DNA of 63,461 bases, the filler included, from Vezdaea acicularis (lineage: Eukaryota), in NCBI GenBank assembly GCA_026025075.1. It is 3 parts of 3 records of this genome, joined end to end, with 100 filler letters (N's around TTAATTAATTAA, not from the genome) between each part and the next. Parts side by side here need not be neighbours in the genome. Positions count along the whole stretch, not along the records: positions 21,259 to 42,366 come from JAPEUI010000193.1; positions 42,467 to 63,461 come from JAPEUI010000194.1; 1 more part is not named here. One strand, given 5' to 3'. Of this stretch, positions 38,121 to 50,700 are shown piece after piece. A program made the translations under genes and the position numbers. The notes under the pieces were generated by a model that saw only the letters and a list, made by a program, of their open reading frames with translations, was not told the DNA's origin and did no database searches. Position 1 is the first letter of the stretch. The number at the start of each line of letters is the position of its first letter.

Positions 38121-39045
38121 GGTAGATAAGGGTTCTAGAGCGGTAGGAAATCCTTCAACGGAGCGGGAACGTTCTCTCTAAAATATTGGAAGTATTGGTT
38201 GCGTTGGGAAGTGCATATGAATCGACCAAGGCGCCACCAGAATCGGTCGAAGCTAACTGCAAGCTAGTGGAAACCTATCCACAACAGTCAGCACGTCCGG
38301 GAAGATGCCTGCTGCAGCCAACATGTGCGCAACGGGAAAGTGACAGAAACGAAGCTCCGTAGATTTGGCGTCTGTCATCCCTCACACTGCTCTGTCGCAC
38401 GCCTATTTAATATGCGAGTTGACGAATCGGCTATTTCGAAGCCTAAATTATTTAGAACTGGCCAATCAAAATCATTTTGTCACGTGAGCCCCTTTATTCG
38501 TCATCCTAAGCCTCAGCAGGGTCCTTTCTGAGGCCTACGCTGAAGCTGTTCGGCGTAAGAGCACCACCGTGCTCTGCAGATGATGGATGCGAACGATTGT
38601 TGTGATAGTATCAATTGTCATTTGCATTGAGAATCGAACGTTTCCATGGGTATAGTCGCGGAGATGCGGCGTAAATCAAGCTTTTTTGCCCAGCCGCTAT
38701 TCATGTGCCCGGGCAAACACCGAGGAGATCTGCCCGCCTCCGCATTTTTACCCCCCTCGTCACCTACTCGGTTCCTTCTCAACACCACGGATCAAGAGCC
38801 CTCGCCAGTGTTCGATCATCTCCCTCCATGTATCTGTGCAGCTCTGATGTCCATGACATTTGCTCACGCGTGCTCAAAGACATCCGAAGTCCCTAAGGGC
38901 TTTAGAGTTCACGTCTTCACATCGTCGTGACGCAGCGAACGGGTGGAAGGCGGCGAAGAGTTCCGCATGCCTGAGACGCCAATATGTGTAGGTCACTGAA
39001 TTATGGGAGAATTGAAAAGCTGCTAACCTTTTGGCATATGTTCAG

Positions 39046-41011
39046 CCGTTGACAGTATCAATGTCTATGTGCGCATCATTCCGAACGCCGATATCACCAA
39101 TGATACGACCGACTATCGCGTTGATGTACGTTTTATCTCTGGAAGCGTTTCTGTTTGTAAAGAAATGCCTTTTTGCGTCTGCAATCAGCAACGCATCCGA
39201 ACGAACAAGCAGACTAACACCGAAATCATCCCACAGTCGGCATACTCGTTCGCCCTTGATATCACCGATGACCTCCAGACTCTCTCCACCAATTCGGCGC
39301 CTCCTGGTGACCTAAATCAAGGTCTCCTATATGTCCCTGATCTCCTCTATGGCGATCCTTGTATCAACGCATCACGACCGTACATACCGGCGAACGTCAC
39401 AAGACAGGCCAACCTTCCACCCACCAATGACTATGCACTTATCGCTTTAGCCCCTTGGATATCCCGGAACTGCACTCTGGGATACCTGGCAGCAGCGAGA
39501 AGAGATCCGGCGAGGGCTTTCATCTTCTACCTCACAAATCGAGACTCAGATGACGAGGACCCACCGCCGATCAGCGATCCTGCTTGGTCCCTTCAAGATG
39601 GAGGCAGTTGGAAGTCCGCGAACAAGTACCCAGTGTACGCGATTTCTTCACACCGCGGCGGCATGCTTATGCACCAGCTGAGCGCATACTCTGGAAACAT
39701 GACCAATGTGCCATATGGCCATGAATTAACGGAAATATACCAAGACTCGCGTGATTATGCGCGGTTATATACCGAAATCAGAATAAGTAGGTGCTCGCCT
39801 TCTCATTTCTTGATCCCCAAAACAAGGTCAAACAACCACCTACAAAGCTTATTCCCCGACACGTTTTGGTGGCTCGTAGGAATGCTAACGTTATATTATC
39901 ATAGGTTCTGGAACATTTCCAGGTCTTTGGGCGTTCCTTCTCATTGTGCTTGGGGTTTTGATAGTGGTTATCATTGGCGTGTCCCTTCTCATGCGCTGGA
40001 TTCAGCATCGGCGACGCCAGGTCCTTAGGCAACGCATTGCCAGTGGAGAAGTTGACCTTGAAGCGCTTGGTATCAAGCGGATCACGGTGCCTCAGGAACA
40101 CCTGAATAATTTTCCGTTGTTTATTTACATTGCGGATCCAAACCGGCCAGAGAGCTCTGCCAGCTCACATTCTATGGGTGAGCATCGAAAGGGCCAGCCC
40201 CAACAAGACAATAGGAAATCTAGCGAGAATGTGGAAGCTCTACGGTCTGAAAAAGACGAGAAATCACATGGTCTGCCTTCTGTGGGACAGGACCATCAGG
40301 ACTTGGGTGGCATCCAGCTTCACGACCTCCAACACCGAGAGCTATCATTTGCGCAGTACACCTGTCCGATTTGCTTAGACGAGTTTGTCTCTCACAAGAC
40401 AGCCCTCCGCGAGCTCCCCTGCGGCCACGCATTCCACCCCGGATGTGTGGATAGCTTTCTTACGGATAGCAGTAGCTTATGTCCGATGTGCAAGAAGAGC
40501 GTCCTACCAAGAGGGTACTGTCCGCCCAAGATCACCAACGTCATGGTACGGCGAGAACGGATCATTCGCCGAATGAGGGAGAGGGTTGTGGTTGAGGATG
40601 ACGGGGCCCATCCTTTCAACCCCACTCACCGACGGCCCTCCATCCTCCGTGCGGGACTTGGCTGGCCAATTTCACCGCAACCGGTGAGAATAGCGAGGAC
40701 AGCAAGCACAATTGCCCGGCCAGGGCAACGCTCTGAAGAAGAGCCCGTAGGTGCTGGTATGAGTACCGTGTCCGTACTGATATCGTCTGTACCAGAGGAG
40801 AACTCGGAAGCACGACGGGCTTGGGCTCGGCGAAGGGCGAATGCAATGCTCGGCATCAGCAGGACGGTGGAGGAGGAAGAGCAAGAAGCTGCCGCGAGGA
40901 CACCTGCATGTAAGTTGTTTTTCCTGCTAGTTCTTGTGAATGAGATGGTGGCCTCTAACGATCTTCACAGGGCGAAAGGTGCTCGCGGCAGTGTTTCCCG
41001 GGTTCCATTGA
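39046..41011 (+). CDS. Membrane-anchored RING-H2 E3 ubiquitin ligase (first exon unresolved)
   Basis: Luminal domain GLLYVPDL..IALAPW, TM segment, GEVDLEALGIKRITVP, RING-H2 CPICLDEF..LPCGHAFHPGCVD..CPMCK; last exon AWRKVLAAVFPGFH*. Confidence 0.82.
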
Positions 41012-42366
41012 ATCACTGTTATATAGGGGAGAAGGCGATGCATATCGTACATAGCCAGGCGTTCAAGCATGTGAGTTACGCGATCAGGGTTGTATGGATG
41101 GGGCTATGGGGGCATGGGATCATGGGGGCATGGAGGCATGGAGGCATGGAGTGATATCTAGAAGAAGGGTCCAATCTTGGTGTGCTCGTGGGTTTCTCGC
41201 AAGGCGTTGGCAGGCATACTGGGGTACGGCGGTGGTGTTTCACGCTCTCTTTCCAGCGCGTAGGTGGGTGTTTGGTTGACCCGCCGGAAGCATAGCACGT
41301 AAAGATACCCTTATTTCAATACAGCGCTTATCCTATCCTCGTGCCCGCCTAGATCGCACGCAAGCATGCAAGCACGCCAGATCAGTCGCGGTCGCACGTC
41401 TTCTCACCCACGCTCGGGGGGACCGTCGCCTTGCAGCCCCCCGATAAGCGGGGTGGGTGTCCGCCGCGAAATGGTGGGCGGGGGACCCGGCAATAGGTGT
41501 GTGCGCCAACTGAGCGCGGCTGTTGGGGTGGGACAGAGCCGAGGCGGAACAGGCCCCCCTTAGCGACTTGCCAAGCGGGGGACAGGACATGTCCAGCCGA
41601 CGATCGGGGGGGCCGGTGGAGCGGCGACGGGGGTTTGGGTTGGGCCCCAGTGATCGATGGGATAAGCGCCGCGAGAATGCAACGGTCGGTCATGAGCAAT
41701 GCGCGATGAGAAAAGAACCGCTCGCAGGCAAGCCTCCGAACAGAACACTCGATCACGTCAAATGGCGCATTTCTCTCGCCGTCGCCGCGACGGGCGCGGG
41801 CTGTGGAGCCTGGGGCCAGTACCGCGAACAGACTCCCTGCTACGTACTGGGCCATCCTTCGCGGCGATGGCTTCATGGCGCCGCCGCCAGTATAGGCTTC
41901 GAGGGCCGTCGCGGTGACCGGGCTTTCAGCTGGAGCAGAACCAGGCTCATTCTAGAGTATATCGTACGATCGGTCTGTAGGGTCGTTGTCCTTGCCCAAC
42001 CGCCCCCATCGTGGCCAGCTCGTATAGACGTCCACTCTGGCTTCTCCGGCTCCATGCGACAACGTTACCCCGTCGACCTCAACTACCAGAGCCTCTCCAG
42101 ACGACGTGACTCGGTGGACAAACATCGGCGCACCCTCCTCCGATGCAGCACAGACAGGATCGGAGGGCTGCTGGACGGGGGGGGCCTTTCGCGCTGCACT
42201 GTTGTCTGCTTACTTGTTACCGTATCGTCGCTGCTGGTCGCGACGCGCCAGGCTGCTTTAACTGCGTCGGCGGCTGGTGGCGGCGGAGGGGCCGGGGACG
42301 CCAGCTCCAGGCCTCTGCGTTCCTCTCATCACGCTGTCCGGCCGCCCGGGGCGACGCTGCGCACGA

Positions 42367-42466
42367 NNNNNNNNNNNNNNNNNNNNNNNNNNNNNNNNNN
42401 NNNNNNNNNNTTAATTAATTAANNNNNNNNNNNNNNNNNNNNNNNNNNNNNNNNNNNNNNNNNNNN
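42367..42466. other. Artificial contig linker (N44-TTAATTAATTAA-N44)
   Basis: N runs flanking a six-frame stop linker. Confidence 0.97.
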
Positions 42467-42665
42467 GAGGTCAAGGAAGCGGATGTGTCCAGCGATTTCT
42501 ACACGACGAGCCTGAGACAATACGTCCAACGATCCATCTAGTAGCAGCTCAGTGAAGCCGAGAGGAGCTTCTAGCAGCCACCTCGGTACTTCGAAATCTT
42601 GGACTTCGCCGAGCTTTGCATGGACTCCCCAGTATCTTGCAGCGTACCTAAGGAGAGGGATTTGC

Positions 42666-45600
42666 TTACTCCTGGGCCACCTGGTATAACGCCATCCGTC
42701 CATCCTCGTCTTTGGCCTCAAGGTCTGCCCCCTTCTCTACCAGCAGCTGTACCACCGCCTCATGCCCCTTCGAGACTGCCCAGAACAACGCCGTCCGTCC
42801 ATCCTTGTCTTTGACCTCAACGTCTGCCCCCTTCTCTACCAGCAGCTGTATCACTGCCTGATGCCTATTCCAGGCTGCCCGGTGCAACGCCGCCCGTCCA
42901 TACTTGTCTTTGACATCAACGTCTGCCCCCTTCTCTACCAGCAGCTGTACCATCGCCTCATGCCCATTCGAGGCTGCCCAATGCAACGCCGTCTCTCCAT
43001 ACTTGTCTTTGACCTCAACGTCTGCCCCCTTCTCTACCAGCAGCTGTACCACCGCCTCATGCCCATTTGAGGCTGCCCAATGCAACGCCGTCTCTCCATA
43101 CTTGTCTTTGACCTCAACGTCTGCCCCCTTCTCTACCAGCAGCTGTACCACCGCCTCATGCCTATCCAAGGCTGCCCAATGCAACGCCGTCTGTCCATGC
43201 TTGTCTTTGACGTCAACGTCTGCCCCCTTCTCTACCAGCAACTGTACCACCGCCTCATGCCCCTTCGAGGCTGCCCAGAACAACGCCATCCGTCCATCCT
43301 TGTCTTTGACGTCAACGTCTGCCCCCTTCTCTACCAGCAGCTGTACTATCGCCTCACGCCCCTTCGAGGCTGCCCGGTGCAACGCCGTCTGTCCATCCTT
43401 GTCTTTGACCTCAACGTCTGCCCCCTTCTCTACCAGCAGCTGTACCACCGCCTCATGCCCCTTCGAGGCTGCCCGGTGCAACGCCGTCTGTCCATCCTTG
43501 TCTTTGACCTCAACGTCTGCCCCCTTCTCTACCAGCAACCGTACTACCGCCTCATGCCTATTCCGGACTGCCCAGGACAACGCCGCCCGTCCATGCTTGT
43601 CTTTGACGTCAACGTCTGCCCCCTTCTCTACCAGCAGCCGTACCACCGCCTCATGCCTATTCCGGACTGCCCAGGACAACGCCGCCCGTCCATACTTGTC
43701 TTTGACCTCAACATCTGCCCCCTTCTCTACCAGCAGCTGTACCATCGCCTCATGCCCATTTGAGGCTGCGCAATGCAATGCCGTCTCTCCATGCTTGTCT
43801 TTGATCTCAAAGTCTGCCCCCTTCTCTACCAGCAGCCGTACCACCACCTCATGCCCATTCGAGGCTGCCCAGGACAACGCCGTCCGTCCATACTCGTCTT
43901 TGGCCTCAACGTCTGCCCCATTGTCTAAAAGTAATTGAGTTACTGTCTTTAGACCAGAGGAAGCAGCAACATGCAGTTCAGAGACTTCCTTAGGAAAAAT
44001 TTGGCTGTATCCGGGAACCCGGTATATGGGGCTACGCGTGACTTGAATGTAGCAAGAAATCCGAGACTTATCCTTGAGGAACCTCAAAATTAACTTCTGA
44101 AGAGCATGCTCCATATCTCCACATGTATGCTCACTCCAGTATCGAGCAGCATACCTTAACAGAGGGTTCTCCCGCAGTCGAACCTCTAGATCGTCATCAG
44201 TGGAACAAAACCCCTTTGCAAATGCATCAAATAGGAGATAAGTGAGACAGTGTTTTGCAATTTCCATTTGCGCATCAGGAAACCGATCCTCTCGAATGCG
44301 CTTAAAGAAATCCTGGGCAGTGTAGTGGACCAGGCGTACTAAACCGCTCTCTTGTTCAATAGAGACTAAGCCAGCACAAATCGACAAGAGTATCTCCCCA
44401 TCAACTATGTCGCCTTCATCCAATTTTGATGCTTCTGGCATAATAGCTAAAGCATGTTGAAGCTCAATCATAGACAATGGGGTCTTGGCATATGTGATCC
44501 AGTATAAGACACGTGTTGCAAGCTTTCGATCCTCTACATTTTGGTTGTCAATCCTCTGCAAAGCTTCCTCATATGTATTATTGAGACCATCTGGAAGATG
44601 TTCTGTTGCTTGGACTACTGCATTCCGGGTCTGTTTGTTTGCTATCATATCCATATGGAGTCGAGCAAGTAGAAACCTAGAAGAAAGTTAGGACGATCGC
44701 TATATAGTAAGGCATCGTGAAGCAATAGAATGTGAGAAGGGCATGTGAAAGCTAGGCTGACCTACATTCCTCTGACATTTTTTATTATAGCATCTGTAAT
44801 TTTTTCTCTCACCGTTGGCTCTGCTTTGACTATTTTAGCCAACCGAGATGTTTGAGATATTCTTGCTTCTAGATATTTATACACATCTTCGTCTTTTGCA
44901 GTGATTTCTAGCTTTTCTCGGTTTGGAAAGGTATCTTCGATATGTATACTAGGCCGTGAAGTGATCATTAAGCCCACAGTGTCAGCCAGTACTCCTAAGC
45001 TGTCAAGTAGATCTCTGCGAGAGCATTCTAGACACTCATCTAGAGCATCAACAACTATAAAAGCTCTTGGAAAACTTAAAACTGCAGACTGAAGAGCTTT
45101 TGACATCTCTTGAAGCGTTGGTCGTGTAGTCTTCTTCAAGTGTTGATCAAACATAGGTTCAAGACCATCGAGAAGGGAAGGCATCTGCTGGGCTAATTGT
45201 TTGAGCAAACTTGAAACGAGATTGACGGAAGACTGTTCGGTCTGGTCTTTGTAGTTGCAATATATAAATGCGACTGCATTGTCTGTCTCTGCAAAGGTTG
45301 TTTGTAGATAATCTATTGCAGTCGAGCTAGGAGTGGACGTTGAATTAGCTGGCCATAAGCTAAGGAAGACACCCAGGGATCATACGCAAGGACAGTTTTG
45401 CCAGCACCAGCTATCACCACCTAGTCAATCAGGAGGCATCAGGCAACGAGCTCGACTTACGCATTCCTGGGCACCACAGGATTCTTGGGGCACCGTGCAG
45501 CCACCCTATGAAGCTTTTAGACTTTAACAACCATTCGCCTGTCCCTTTCTGCCGTGTACGGAGGATATCGTTTTGTGTCTGGGGAAAATTGAGAGGAGAA

Positions 45601-46275
45601 AGCCAGCTAATGATAGACTTGTGAAGTTCAGAGATTGACTTTTGACGCTGAGCTGATTCACTATCAGCATGTACTCAATTAGGGAAGATAGAACTTCCGG
45701 AGTCTCACTTTGCTGTAGTATTGAAACACCGCCTACAATATCCATCACGTTGTTGTTCATATCCACAATCTTCTGGTCTGTCGCAAGAGATAAAGCGCTA
45801 GACATAGTTAGCATAAGATAAATATATGATGTGATCATATATGATCATCACAAACTAACAATTGTCCGCGTTGTAACGTAATCTCGATAGATGATTTAGC
45901 CCGTTCAATCTTTAGCAGAATCTCATTTGTCTTCTTCTTATCAAGTGTCCAGATCAAAGCCTTGCCAAGAGATTTCATGGAAGAAGTCGGCTTCAGGTTG
46001 CTTGTTAATTCCTCAATGGCCACCTTCAGTTGGTGCAAAGGTCTGCCCTCTTCCGCAAGGGATCGAATACCCTGAAACCATGGCTCTGATGATTTAGCTT
46101 CTTCCACTGCATCACTTAAATCTAAAAGGACTTTATAGAGATCTACCAGCTCAGTGCGGATCCTTTTCCGAGCCTCGGCAGCATCTTTGACGTCCTGGAG
46201 ATACTCCACTGCTTTCAAAGTCGCATTGCTGATTTGGATGATACTCGCCGTTAAGCTTACTGCTACCTCTGCCAT
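42666..46275 (-). CDS. Fungal NLR: HeLo-like/SesA-type N-terminal domain, NACHT-type NTPase, winged helix, 13 ankyrin repeats (multi-exon)
   Basis: MAEVAVSLTASIIQI..YLQDVKDA; WLSPLNF..GTGEWLL; ILWCPGMP|GAGKT; IVVDALDEC; ITSRP; GMFLLARLHMD; VRLVHYTAQDFF; 33-aa GADVEVKD repeats. Confidence 0.9.
42669..43979 (-). repeat. 13 x 99-bp tandem ankyrin array with high internal conservation, ending mid-repeat
   Basis: Recurring GTCTGCCCCCTTCTCTACCAGCAGC every 99 nt on the + strand. Confidence 0.95.
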
Positions 46276-46983
46276 TGATGGATAAGGGAATAACCAAAAC
46301 CAGACTATAACGCAAATCCGGTGAGTTGATGTGGTATGTATTTCAGTACTCTACGCCTAAACTTTGCAGCAAAATATCCTTATAGCTGTCGTCGACCGGT
46401 CACACAGCTAATATGAGACAGTAGTTTTTCACATAAGCAGTCAGCAAAATGCTGAAATGCTGTCTAACTCTGATCAAATGCAATCTAAATAACGCCCTGA
46501 GAAGTAATCATCTAACAGATTACACATTCTATCGTACTACCGGATGGGTATAATATCATCTCTTTGCATGTGATGTTGATTTCTCTGCATGTGATGTTTG
46601 GATATAGGAATACCTCTGATGTAAGGATGAGCTGCTCGGTCCCAAGGCCATCCTTATGCGAAGGTTTGATTGTATTATGTTACGATCTTAATAAGCTAGT
46701 ATCTTTAATCAGGCTAGCATGCTACAGCCTTACCTAGTGTGCAGCCAGATGAGGCTCTCTGGGGAGCCGGAATCTCTCCTCTCTTTACTGCGCCCCAATG
46801 CACCCCCGGTGCTCCGCTCCCTCGCTGTACACTACCCCTTGCTCCCTCGCTGTGCCCCCGCTGCTTCCTCGATGCTCCCCCGTGCTCCCCGAATGCTCCC
46901 TCCAAAGCGGCCCTGCTCCCTTCCGTGAACGAAAACGGCAATCCCCAATTCTAAGTTCGGGTTGTATATAATACATATATATA

Positions 46984-47170
46984 CAGTGGGAGGTCGTGAG
47001 TGTTGGACGAGTACATTCGCGAAATTATGGCTCCCACATTAATCGTGCCCTATCTACAGCAATCAACAAATCCATTCATAAGAAACTCAGCTCACAGATT
47101 ACCTGCGAAGGTCTTCGATATATCAATTGAATAAATACCTCATCGATTGCAGGCAGTTCTTGATTCCTGG
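46984..47170. mobile_element. Second, truncated copy of MITE family A, inverted relative to 11989-12231 and cut by a solo LTR
   Basis: TA|CAGTGGGAGGTCGTGAGTGTTGG..ACATTCGCGAAATT..TCAACAAATCCATTC..GGTCTTCGATATATCAATTGAATAAAT..GCAGGCAGTTCTTGATTCCTGG aligns to the reverse complement of ~12046-12231. Confidence 0.88.
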
Positions 47171-47173
47171 TGG

Positions 47174-47437
47174 TGTAAGGATGTAGCGTACGAGCAGGGA
47201 GCGGCTAGGATCAATCCGAGTAAGTGATGCGGGACACAGTGGGCACGCAGTAGACACGCAGGCGGCACGCAATAGATGATAGAATGGTTTAGTAGTCAAT
47301 AGTAAGTATCTATACGATTGAATACTAGGGAGCTATTCTACAGCGCTTCCCCGCTTTGCCATATGACGGTGGCCACGTGACGCAGGAGTAGCGCAGGCTT
47401 GCCGTAGCAGCGGTCGCGGGAAGGCGGGTTCATAACA
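47174..47437 (-). mobile_element. Solo LTR of the same family as the full-length retrotransposon (slightly diverged)
   Basis: Reverse complement reads TGTTATGAACC..GGCAAGCCTGCGCTAC..GCGGGGAAGCGCTGTAGAATAGCTCC..GCTACATCCTTACA; flanks GGTGG / GTTGC do not form a clean TSD. Confidence 0.93.
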
Positions 47438-47717
47438 GTTGCTGCCTCTTAAATTTACAGAGAGCCTCCTTCTATACCATAATAGGACCCTTCAACTTAC
47501 AACACCACCATCATGCTTTTTCCACCTCTTAAACATAAAGAACGATTAGATATAGATCTTTGAGTTTTATCACGATGCTAAAAAGTTATCCTTAGTGTTG
47601 TGGCGGCCAGAGCGCGCTATGCCATACACTATCGCCACATAGGCTGATACCTCCTCCAATTAAGCGATCAAGTACGACTAATAACGAATCACTAGAGACA
47701 GTCCAACCGTATATGAA

Positions 47718-50700
47718 TCATTTCCGCGGCCAACTGCGAAGAACAATCTCTACCGGCTTGACACGATCTCCCCGCTCCCCCAACACCGTAACAAGCATCT
47801 GCTCTCGCCAAGCTAGTCGCACAAGCTCTTCAATCTTTTCAGCACGGGTATGGAAGCGATGCTCATCACCGTGCTCCGTGATAAAGATAAAATCGTGAAA
47901 TTCGCCAAACCGATCATAAACCAGCCCTTCAACCTTGCCTGTGTGCTCCTCATGGTGAGATCCGTGTGGCCCATGATGACCTTCGTGACTTCCATGTCCA
48001 CCACCATGGCCACCACCGTGACCTCCCCCGCCGATTGGCCCTATCGGCGGTGCGCCATACGGCGATGGCACCACCGTGATTGGATTCCCGCCCAACCCAG
48101 TAAGCCGACCAGAGACGTACTCAATGTACCGCAGGAAAACCGGATACCATCGATTTGTCGGCTTCATCAGGCTCAATCTCCACTTAAAAATTGCCAGAAC
48201 ATCCTTCTCGCGAGGCAAGATCTGCGCCGGCTTCTGAACCGGAATTGTCACCGCAAAGGTGCCTGTCATATACCGCCAATTGCTGACTTCCGGGCCGCGG
48301 TATTCCCCAGCCAATGCCAGCTTCGGCACCTCAGGCGGAGGAGCTGTGACCACGGCCTGCTTGGTGGTCAGGCGCTTCACAACGGCAGTGAACTCCTGGC
48401 CTGCCACAACGCCCTGTGGGAGGTCAATGGTGAACAAGCCAGCAAAGTTCTGGGACAAAGCACTGGATGGTACGGGAATGTACGACTGCTTCCCCTGTCC
48501 GACGTTATGAATGCGGAGAGTGTTTGCGTCCGGCGCGGTCAGCTCGTGCGTCGGGTACAGGTAGCTTGCAAGCGCAATCACGTCGGTTGCTTGTACTTGT
48601 GGCCAGTATATCATTGCGGTGCTTCCCTCGGGGACGTTGCCCCAGTCAATGACAATCTCGTCTGGCAAGTTCAAGAGATTGCTCGCGCGCGTAATGTCGA
48701 ATGGCGGGCTGGGCCGCATGTCAAACGTCTGGGGCACGCGATGGGCGCTCGGCGGGCCAGGATTGTCAGATGAAGTGATTTGCAGGTTGCGCTGGGCTAG
48801 CTGCGCGCTGTTCTGGGTGCTGGTGCCGGTCGGAATCGGAGTGCCCGAGTAGTTTATTTCGGCTACAAGACAGTGATGCGTGCCCTTGAGAAGACTGGGA
48901 ACCGGGTTCGGGCCAATAGTGTTGGACGTGTTGTAGACGTTCAGATAGCAGCCAAAGTAAGTCCAGATGCCGTTGGCACTGTTGGATTGAATAAGTCGGT
49001 TGTTGGGGCCGCCAGGAATATAATCCAGTTCAGCTACAAAGTCCGCATTGGCTTCGTAGTTGCCAGTAGCAAAGAATGGAATGGTGAGTGGGTCATCCTC
49101 GTTAAGAATCTTGGGAGTGGCTGTGACTGTGCCGAGCGGGCCGGTAGCATATGTGCTCCCTGGCTGAAAATCCGTGTCATTGGAGGCGGTGAGAAACAAC
49201 CGGAAAAAGGTGTTGACACTTGCTGTTCCTACACCTGATACGCGGACTCTCGCAATAGCAAAATTGTAGTTGGAGTAATGTTGATCGGTGTTGGGGTCGA
49301 TTGTATAAGGAAGAACCGATGAATCCCCGGTTAGGCCTCCGGACAATGGCAGCAGTGTGGTAAAAGGATCAGATCCAGTAGGATCGCTAAAGTTGCCGTT
49401 GAGATATATGATCAGTCTTTTTATGTAGTCGTAAGCACCTCTAGTGTCATAGAGATTGCTACTCTGAGTCTGCCAAGTCGGGCCGTTGCCGTTGAGAGAC
49501 ACTGGTGTACTATCCATCTCTGGTACCACGGTCAATACCCGTAGGTCTTGGCTCAGCCAGAAGGGGTTCTGGACTTGCTGGCTCACGTTAAGGAAGAAAG
49601 GATCTGCACCACCGACAAGCTCAAATTGAGCAGTGGCAGGCACTGTTCCAAAGCCCGCAACAGAAGTCTGGACTGAAGCGCTCAATGAGAGCGTAGACGT
49701 TGATCCAACAGCGGGAAAGGTCGGGTTCGGTGGATAGATGATGTCGTACGGAAAAGTGATGCGTTGCAAGGAATTGTCACTGCCACCCAGTTCTTGTATT
49801 GGCCACGGATTGACAGCGCTGGGTGCAATTTTTATTCCAGGAATTTGTGAGACAAATGTGCCTTGAAAGCTCGAGGTTGGGTTCTTCGTCACCTGTGCGA
49901 GCGAAAATCCATCTAGAACGAGTGAAAACGCCTGGGTCCAGGTTGAGTTTTGGCTGACTTCGAGGCTGCCATACGTGTTTTTGGATACGGAAAAGAAAAA
50001 CGAGGGTGAAATTGCACCGCCAGCGAGTAACTGGATGAGCTTGGTTCCATCGAGCACGCCCAAGCCAGTCAAACAGTTCCAAGGGGCGAGTGATTGATAC
50101 CCCTTGGTCGTATTGAAGATTGGGAGACTGCCCGGCGTCGACTGACCCGCCAAAAATGTAAAGGCGTTTGTGACCCCGGGCCCGTCTGCAATGTTGTGGA
50201 ACAGGCCGGCCGAGGTGGAGTTTGCGTAGAGAGTTGGGTTCAGATAGCCTACATTAAACCCAAGGGTGGCATTGATACGCGCAATGAGCGCCGCGTACAG
50301 CGGCGCGGCCTCGCTTGTCCCTGATAGCCCAATCGGCTCGGGCAAGCCGTATACGGTGATAGGGTAGCCCTGGGCAAAGCCAGCAATGTCTGGAATGCCG
50401 CGGCCTCGAGTTGTGCCGTCATTTATCGATGGCGGAACGGTGAAGCCAGGGCTGAAGCCTTGCTGCCAGCTGGGTACCGGGAATACTAGATTCCCGCTCG
50501 GGTCCTTGAAGGTGCTGATACCGCCTCCCGTCAAACCACGAGTTGTTTCATCAGGTTTTCGTTCTGCGTTCCAGGTTTCTTCGAGAAACGTATTATTGGC
50601 GGTTGTAGTGTCTGCCCAGGTGACATTGGATGTCTTGCTACCGCCGCAAGCAGTCACCCACGGGTCAGTGCTGGGATAGAGAACATGTGCGTTGCCATCG

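Noticed and set aside
41333..42366. GC-rich stretch with a 299-aa ORF
   Set aside because: No recognisable domain, TIR, LTR or RNA gene; ORFs are expected at this GC level and the contig end truncates it
42762..43938. Long plus-strand repetitive ORFs (344 aa, 227 aa)
   Set aside because: Antisense shadows of the ankyrin repeats
46620..46975. TAAGGATG..CATCCTTA hairpin and TGCTCCC-rich tract as a distinct element
   Set aside because: Probably a TE relic, but no paired termini or TSD could be established
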